54,037 bases of DNA from Deltaproteobacteria bacterium (GTDB lineage: Bacteria > Myxococcota_A > UBA9160 > SMWR01). The stretch spans positions 1 to 54,037 of the forward strand of contig JAQBHB010000102.1 in the NCBI GenBank assembly GCA_032128115.1, in the 5' to 3' direction. Below are positions 48,772 to 54,037 of the stretch, piece after piece. The translations under genes and the position numbers were made by a program. The notes beneath the pieces are model-generated. The model had not been told where the DNA came from and did not search any database. It worked only from the letters and a program-made list of their open reading frames with translations. Positions within the stretch are counted from its first letter, which is position 1. Every line of letters starts with the position of its first letter.

Positions 48772-50934
48772 TCAGAAGTCGTACCGCACGGCGAAGTTCA
48801 GGAAATACCCCCACTCGTCACTGCCGCTCGCAGATCCGGTCGGCAGCATCCAGTCGATTCCGGCCAGGCCGTCCAACGTGAAATCGCCGAGTCGATACTC
48901 GAGTCGAATCGATGGGATGAGACTGAAGACATCACTGGTTCCCTGATTCATCCGGTAGCTCCCCATGAGCCGGGCCTTCCCCATGAGTCGGTCCGTCACC
49001 GGGATCCGTCCATCCAACGTTGCCGCCACGAGGTCTGCCAGCGAGCCATCGAAGTATCGAAGTCCAAGAACCCCCACCGCGCCGGGCCTCGCAAGGTCAT
49101 TCGCGATCAACTGGGCGAAATAGGAAAACTCGTATCCGGTCCCCTCGATGGGAGCTTGATCCCCTACGGCCGCGATTCCATCGAGATTCGTGACAGAGAA
49201 ATCTCCCGCCAACTGGAAGCGATCCGTCAGGTCGTGGGATGCCCCGAGATTGATCGTCAGCAGTTTCGCGGTTCGATCCTCGGCCAGTGATTTCAGGGCA
49301 CTCGACGAGAGATCGTTCTCCGGGTCTTCGAGAAAGCTCGTGGGAAGCCCGAGTAGGGCATTGCTGGTCGTGATCGTCGGTGCGTTTCGATAGTCGACGA
49401 GAGCGTTCAGGAACGTCGATGGATTCGCCTGGAAATTACCTCTCAGCTGGACAGCGTTGAGCGAGAGGAAATAGATGTCGTACTCGATCAGTCCACCGAC
49501 GAATTGGCCGTCCTGGAAAAACCGGAACTCACCGCCTACCGCTGTGCGGTCCGTCGATCCGTCTGCCACCTGATGGATCGCGTAGATCTGGAGATCAACG
49601 GATTCGGCAATCTGCGACGCGTCGAGACTGACGCCGACGAAGTATTTGTCGGTGTCGAATGCCAGATCGGAGGAATCGACGAGAAAGCCACCCACAGCCC
49701 CGAGCTCCCAGTGGTCGCCGAGCCTGGCCCCGAGATGAATCCCGTCGTGACGCCCGAGCACTCCAGCGGTACCCCGTGATTGGCGTCCAATCGACGCGGA
49801 GAGGCCGCGGGCGGGGTCCACCGCCTCGACGAACATGCGGCTGATACGGGTGGTGCTGCCCCCACCATCGGTGAAGTCGTAGTTGTAACCTCCAGAGAGC
49901 ACCCCCTGAACCGTGTAGTTCTCGGTTCTGAGACGCATCTGCGTGTACACGTCCGTGTAGAACGACGAATCGGTCGTGATCGCGCCCAGCTCATCCACGT
50001 GGCGGACCGCTCGGCGATAGCTGGTGTACAGGGTTCCAAAGGTCTCGAGATCGAGCGGCTGGTACTCCGGCGCCCTCTTCCTGAGGGTTTCGATGGGCGC
50101 TGACCGCATCGAGGTGAGAGTGGCCAGGCGTTGGCGCACCCGCTCGGCTCCCTCTCCGGCGGGATATCGCTCGAGGTAGTCCAGATACTCCGCGTGCGCA
50201 TGAGCAAGCTGCCCGTTTCTTTCACGCGCAAGTCCAAGCCACTCCATCGCGGACGCTGAGTGTTCGTTCTCCGGGAAGGAGAGCACCTTGGTGAAGATCG
50301 CGATGGCGCGGTCGGTTTCCCGCGCGGTCATCGCCTCGTGCGCCGCAGACATCATCTCTTCGATCTGATCGAGGTCCGGGGATGCAAGTGCGGCGGTGCC
50401 TTCTTCCGGCGGAACCTCGGGTTCCGAGTGAACGCTCGGCTCGATCACTTCGAGAATCACGATTGACAGGCTCGTGGAATCTCCGTCCGGGCGAAAAACG
50501 AAGCGAACCGGCCGCAAGAAGCGGATCTCCAGGTGGCTTCGCCCCGGCCCGGGTTGGTAGACGACGCCTTGAACCGGCACTGGCGAGCCGGCGGGGGCCG
50601 GAAGCGAATCACTGCCAATTCGCAGCGGCTCATCGCGCGAATCCAGGGTCAGAGGCGACAGGTGCACCCGGACGACATTCCCCTGGTTCGATGGCGAATG
50701 TCGCAAGTATCGCATCGGTGTCGTGAAATGGATCCGCATCACCCAGGTTCGATTCCACTCTTCGAAATCGATGCTCTCGAGGACGCCCGCTTCAATGGTT
50801 TGGGCGTTCACGGAATCGAACGACTGCGTGAGACTGCAGATCACGGCGGTGACCAGCCCCACGGCAGACAGGCGCCTTACGGCTTTCGCCGAGAATCCCG
50901 ACCGGCTGGCGCTTTCCATCGGCCGAGGCGACAC
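48772..50934 (-). CDS. Outer-membrane beta-barrel (porin-like) with N-terminal periplasmic and TPR domains
   Basis: Signal peptide ending VNA, TPR-like AMEWLGLARERNGQLAHAHAEY..YL..YP.GEG..RV.QRL, many amphipathic strands, IGRQ...GVLGR.DG, terminal VRYDF. Start 50934 or 50919. Confidence 0.82.
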   Translation of the reverse strand: MSPRPMESASRSGFSAKAVRRLSAVGLVTAVICSLTQSFDSVNAQTIEAGVLESIDFEEWNRTWVMRIHFTTPMRYLRHSPSNQGNVVRVHLSPLTLDSRDEPLRIGSDSLPAPAGSPVPVQGVVYQPGPGRSHLEIRFLRPVRFVFRPDGDSTSLSIVILEVIEPSVHSEPEVPPEEGTAALASPDLDQIEEMMSAAHEAMTARETDRAIAIFTKVLSFPENEHSASAMEWLGLARERNGQLAHAHAEYLDYLERYPAGEGAERVRQRLATLTSMRSAPIETLRKRAPEYQPLDLETFGTLYTSYRRAVRHVDELGAITTDSSFYTDVYTQMRLRTENYTVQGVLSGGYNYDFTDGGGSTTRISRMFVEAVDPARGLSASIGRQSRGTAGVLGRHDGIHLGARLGDHWELGAVGGFLVDSSDLAFDTDKYFVGVSLDASQIAESVDLQIYAIHQVADGSTDRTAVGGEFRFFQDGQFVGGLIEYDIYFLSLNAVQLRGNFQANPSTFLNALVDYRNAPTITTSNALLGLPTSFLEDPENDLSSSALKSLAEDRTAKLLTINLGASHDLTDRFQLAGDFSVTNLDGIAAVGDQAPIEGTGYEFSYFAQLIANDLARPGAVGVLGLRYFDGSLADLVAATLDGRIPVTDRLMGKARLMGSYRMNQGTSDVFSLIPSIRLEYRLGDFTLDGLAGIDWMLPTGSASGSDEWGYFLNFAVRYDF

Positions 50935-51045
50935 CCTATATCCGGCAGCGAGCCCGGCAGATCGGATCGAGCCGCGTTCCAGAGCGCGCGAAGGTTGCGT
51001 TCGATGACTTCCTCTTCAAGTATCGTGAGAAAGATCGTCAGGATA

Positions 51046-51061
51046 TGTGAGGCATATCACG
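51046..51061. promoter_or_regulatory. CRP/FNR-family binding site TGTGA-N6-TCACG
   Basis: TGTGAGGCATATCACG matches 9/10 of TGTGA-N6-TCACA, in an AT-rich divergent intergenic region. Confidence 0.6.
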
Positions 51062-51159
51062 AGGTGTGATGTGCATTGGTTCGTATAGTCGAATTGAACC
51101 GCGCGCATCTGGGCGTTTCATTTGCGATGGACGGAATGGGGCATTCTGCCGCGACACAC

Positions 51160-52011
51160 ATGAGTGAATCGGCTCGTTCCGAGAAGGCAATCCTCGTGCC
51201 GATCGTCGGCCTCGTGTGCGGCTTCGCCGTATTCTGGGGCTGGCGGGTTCGGGAGGAGATCTACCTGTCTCCAGAATCTGGTCTCGGTTACGCGTGTGGA
51301 ATCGTGGGGACCGCCCTCATGGGCCTGCTGCTGCTGTACTCGCTGCGAAAACGCGTTCGGGCCATGCGCGATTGGGGACCGATCAAGTATTGGTTCATCA
51401 TCCATATGATCTTCGGAATTCTCGGGCCCGTGGCCATCCTGTTTCACGCCAATTTCCGGCTTGGATCGATCAACAGCAGTGTGGCGCTCGCATGTGTGCT
51501 TCTGGTATCGGCAAGCGGCGTGATCGGCCGCCTGATCTACCCGAAGATCCACCATGGTCTCAGCGGCCGCCGAGCCACCCTCCACGAGCTGCGAACGGAT
51601 GCCGAGTCTCGTCGCACCGCAATCGGCCTCGCCCTGTCTTCCAGTCCCGAGCTGGCGCATCCCCTGCGGGAGTTCGAGTCCTTCGCCCTCCGCCCGGCCC
51701 CTGGCTGGATCCGGGGGATCTGGATTCTTCTCTCCCTGGGCCGCAGGGAGCGTTCCGTCTATTGCCAGGCGTCGCGGATTCTCGAGACCGCGATCGAAAC
51801 GAAGCAGGCCTCATCGGGTGGGGTGACGGACGGAATCGATCAGGGAGATGCGACGCGGGCGCTTCGATCTTACGTGGCGGCCATTCGAAGGGCCGCGGAG
51901 TTCACGGCCTACGAGCGGCTCTTTTCGCTCTGGCACGCGTTCCACCTGCCCTTGTGCATCCTGCTCTTTGCAGCGGCGGCGGTTCACGTCGTTGCCGTGA
52001 ACCTGTATTGA
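51160..52011 (+). CDS. Inner-membrane protein with two H-x13-H helices (ferric-reductase-like di-heme b; PCC3 IMP-like)
   Basis: GLGY..GIVG..LM.LLLLYSLRKR, WF..HMIFGILGPVAILFH, SGVIGR.IY, ERLFSLWHAFHLPL...VH. Start 51160 or 51136. Confidence 0.8.
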   Translation: MSESARSEKAILVPIVGLVCGFAVFWGWRVREEIYLSPESGLGYACGIVGTALMGLLLLYSLRKRVRAMRDWGPIKYWFIIHMIFGILGPVAILFHANFRLGSINSSVALACVLLVSASGVIGRLIYPKIHHGLSGRRATLHELRTDAESRRTAIGLALSSSPELAHPLREFESFALRPAPGWIRGIWILLSLGRRERSVYCQASRILETAIETKQASSGGVTDGIDQGDATRALRSYVAAIRRAAEFTAYERLFSLWHAFHLPLCILLFAAAAVHVVAVNLY

Positions 52012-53622
52012 ATGGCGAGAACGTCGTCCTCCGGATCGAATTCGGACCGCGATGCGCGAGGCCGTCTCGCCTGGTGCGCGGTCGTATGGGTCGGATTGGC
52101 CGTCCTGGGGCAGTCTCCTGCGGAAGGGATCGACTTCGAGAAACTCGTGATGCCGGGAGACGTGATTCGGGCTCACGCCGATATCGAGGGCGATTGCCGG
52201 AAATGCCACCAGCCGTTCCGCGCGACCACGGAAAACGATCTGTGCCTCGACTGCCACACCGATATCGGCGCCGACATTCGAGCGAGGCGTGGGTTTCACG
52301 GCCGGGCACCGGAGGTTCCAGACGCCATGTGTCGTAGTTGCCATACGGAGCACGTGGGCCGCGATGCGGACGTCGTGGGCCTGAACCGCGAGACCTTCGA
52401 CCATGGGCTGACCGATCATGTTCTGCGAGGTGCTCACCGAAGCGTCGCGTGCGATTCGTGCCACGGACTCGGTGCAACCTACCGGGAAGCGCCAGATACG
52501 TGCGTGGAGTGTCACCGGGAGGATGATCCCCACGAGGGCAGGATCGAGGGAGACTGCGCCACGTGTCACGTGGAGCGATCCTGGGCGGAGAAGTCCTTTG
52601 ATCACGCTTCGACGGCCTATCCCCTGGAAGGGAAACATCGGGACGTCGCCTGTTCGCTCTGCCATCCCGGTGACCGCTACGAGGATACGGTGACCGGGTG
52701 TGGACTCTGTCATGGGCCCGCCGACGTGCATCGGGGGCGATTCGGCTCGAGCTGCGAGAATTGTCACTCGCCCCTGGGTTGGAACGAGTCGGGCTTCGAC
52801 CACGGTCGCGATACGCAGTTCTTGCTGGAAGGCAGTCATCGCGACGCAAAATGCGAGTCGTGCCACACGGGCGAGTTCCATCAGCGCGAACTCCCGACCG
52901 ACTGCAATGCCTGTCACCGGGTGGACGACGTCCATCGGGGAAATCGCGGCACCGACTGCGGCGACTGTCACAGCCCGCGCAATTGGGAAACCGCGACATT
53001 CGATCACGACGCCAACACGAAATTTCCACTGCGAGGCGCACATGGGAAGGCGGCGTGCGAGGTCTGCCATGCGGGAGTCCTCCAGAGTCAGCAGCTCGAG
53101 ACGTCCTGTGGAAGTTGCCACCGCGTTGACGATGTCCACCACGGACAGCAGGGCGACGACTGTCATCGATGCCACGCCGAGACGCGATGGCATGTTGGGA
53201 TCTCGTTCGACCACGATCTTTCCGCGTTTCCGCTTCTCGGGCTCCACGCGGCCACCGCGTGCGATCAATGCCACATGAGTCCGCGCTTCAAGGACGCCGA
53301 GGTGAAATGCGTCCGCTGCCATGCGGAGAGCGACGTCCACCTGGGGCGGCTCGGGCCGTCGTGCGCCCGCTGCCACAATCCCAATGGATGGAAGGTGTGG
53401 CGATTCGATCACGATACGGAGACGAGCTTCCCTCTTCGGGAGGCTCATATCGGACTCGACTGTCATTCGTGTCATCGGGTACCGGCCGAGGAAGACTTCA
53501 AGCTGTCGAATGATTGCAGCACATGTCATATGAAGGATGACAAGCACCTTGGAGCCTTCGGCAACGACTGTGGGCGCTGTCACACGGAAAATCGTTGGGA
53601 CGATGTCAGGTCGAGTCGCTGA
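52012..53622 (+). CDS. Periplasmic 21-heme c-type cytochrome (tri-heme c7-like repeats)
   Basis: Signal peptide. I count 21 CxxCH motifs in 7 triplets, six of them preceded by FDH..T.f.L.G.H. Confidence 0.95.
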   Translation: MARTSSSGSNSDRDARGRLAWCAVVWVGLAVLGQSPAEGIDFEKLVMPGDVIRAHADIEGDCRKCHQPFRATTENDLCLDCHTDIGADIRARRGFHGRAPEVPDAMCRSCHTEHVGRDADVVGLNRETFDHGLTDHVLRGAHRSVACDSCHGLGATYREAPDTCVECHREDDPHEGRIEGDCATCHVERSWAEKSFDHASTAYPLEGKHRDVACSLCHPGDRYEDTVTGCGLCHGPADVHRGRFGSSCENCHSPLGWNESGFDHGRDTQFLLEGSHRDAKCESCHTGEFHQRELPTDCNACHRVDDVHRGNRGTDCGDCHSPRNWETATFDHDANTKFPLRGAHGKAACEVCHAGVLQSQQLETSCGSCHRVDDVHHGQQGDDCHRCHAETRWHVGISFDHDLSAFPLLGLHAATACDQCHMSPRFKDAEVKCVRCHAESDVHLGRLGPSCARCHNPNGWKVWRFDHDTETSFPLREAHIGLDCHSCHRVPAEEDFKLSNDCSTCHMKDDKHLGAFGNDCGRCHTENRWDDVRSSR

Positions 53623-53632
53623 GGTGCGGCGA

Positions 53633-53914
53633 ATGAAGAGGAATCCCGGAACGCACGGTCGGATGGTGCTCCTGGTGCTGATGGGGATGATCCTGGCTCC
53701 GTTCGTGCCGGTAGGCGCCCAGCCGGCCGATGATTTCTCTCATTGGCGCACGGGTTTTCCACTGACCGGCATGCACGAGCGAATCAGCTGCGAGGGCTGC
53801 CATTTCGGCGGAGTCTTCCAGTCCACGCCAAAACAATGCGTCGACTGCCACGGCCCGGTGGGTGAGCGGATCGCGGGCGGCAAGCCCACGAACCACATCC
53901 CGAGTTCAGACCGC
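53633..53914 (+). CDS. Second multiheme cytochrome c, 5' fragment only (missing from the ORF track because it has no stop before the window end)
   Basis: GAGG RBS. MKRNPGTHGRMVLLVLMGMILAPFVPVGAQPADDFSHWRTGFPLTGMHERISCEGCHFGGVFQSTPKQCVDCH...KPTNHIPSSDR has 2 CxxCH before the pattern breaks. Confidence 0.85.
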
Positions 53915-54037
53915 CAGTGCGATGCCGATGTCCGCCTGTGCCAGTGCAGCCGCATCGTTGATGCCGTCGCCGATCATGATCGTCGCCGTTTTGCGAGAGG
54001 CCGCTTGCGGCTTAGCATGGTTAGCGACGGGCTGAGC
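53906..54037 (-). other. Inverted fragment of a P-type (P1B-like) ATPase, probable chimeric contig end
   Basis: Minus strand reads AQPVANHAKPQAASRKTATIMIGDGINDAAALAQADIGIALAV*, containing the GDGxND hinge motif, and stops abruptly. Confidence 0.8.

Noticed and set aside
52300..53600. Periodic DNA similarity (TTCGATCAC, TGCCAC) that might suggest an array
   Set aside because: Explained by protein-level tri-heme repeats. There are no identical repeats with unique spacers and no cas genes.
48772..53914. Calling the locus mtrAB/mtoAB or extEFG
   Set aside because: There is no decaheme MtrA-type protein and the porin has an N-terminal TPR domain unlike MtrB, so no gene symbols were assigned.
1..54037. 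Prophage, transposase, integrase or anti-phage defence genes, including polB as a mobile-element polymerase
   Set aside because: No such motifs were found. polB has ordinary cellular Pol II features and host-like codon usage.

Overview
High-GC diderm bacterial DNA with about 45 real genes. The gene content (amidohydrolases, DUF3604, APH-like kinase, WS/DGAT, IPTL-CTERM, Rrf2 of the EEYGLRCL type) suggests Myxococcota/deltaproteobacteria, which is an inference. Bases 1-45.4 kb are mixed housekeeping and envelope genes: FAA hydrolase, NodT/TolC, S8 protease, Rrf2-grxD divergent from moaA, an octaheme cytochrome-TPR/amidohydrolase/DUF3604 cluster, porins, glnS, M48 protease, polB, WS/DGAT, phoBR followed by a porin with a Pho-box-like array, a lipoprotein pyrophosphatase, MscS, fused MFS/spermidine synthase and ALDH. 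From about 45.4 kb to the end is a lower-GC divergent locus that looks like a complete trans-envelope electron conduit of the PCC3 type. One side carries a di-heme-b-like inner membrane protein, a 21-heme cytochrome c and a second, truncated multiheme cytochrome. The other side carries a TPR-plus-beta-barrel porin, a membrane-anchored ferredoxin fused to an apparently circularly permuted TrxR-like flavoprotein, and an exported Sel1-ankyrin protein. A CRP/FNR-family box lies between the two sides. The last ~125 bp look chimeric (inverted P-type ATPase fragment). No rRNA, tRNA, CRISPR array or transposase was seen. All family calls come from motif recognition by eye, not from database searches.
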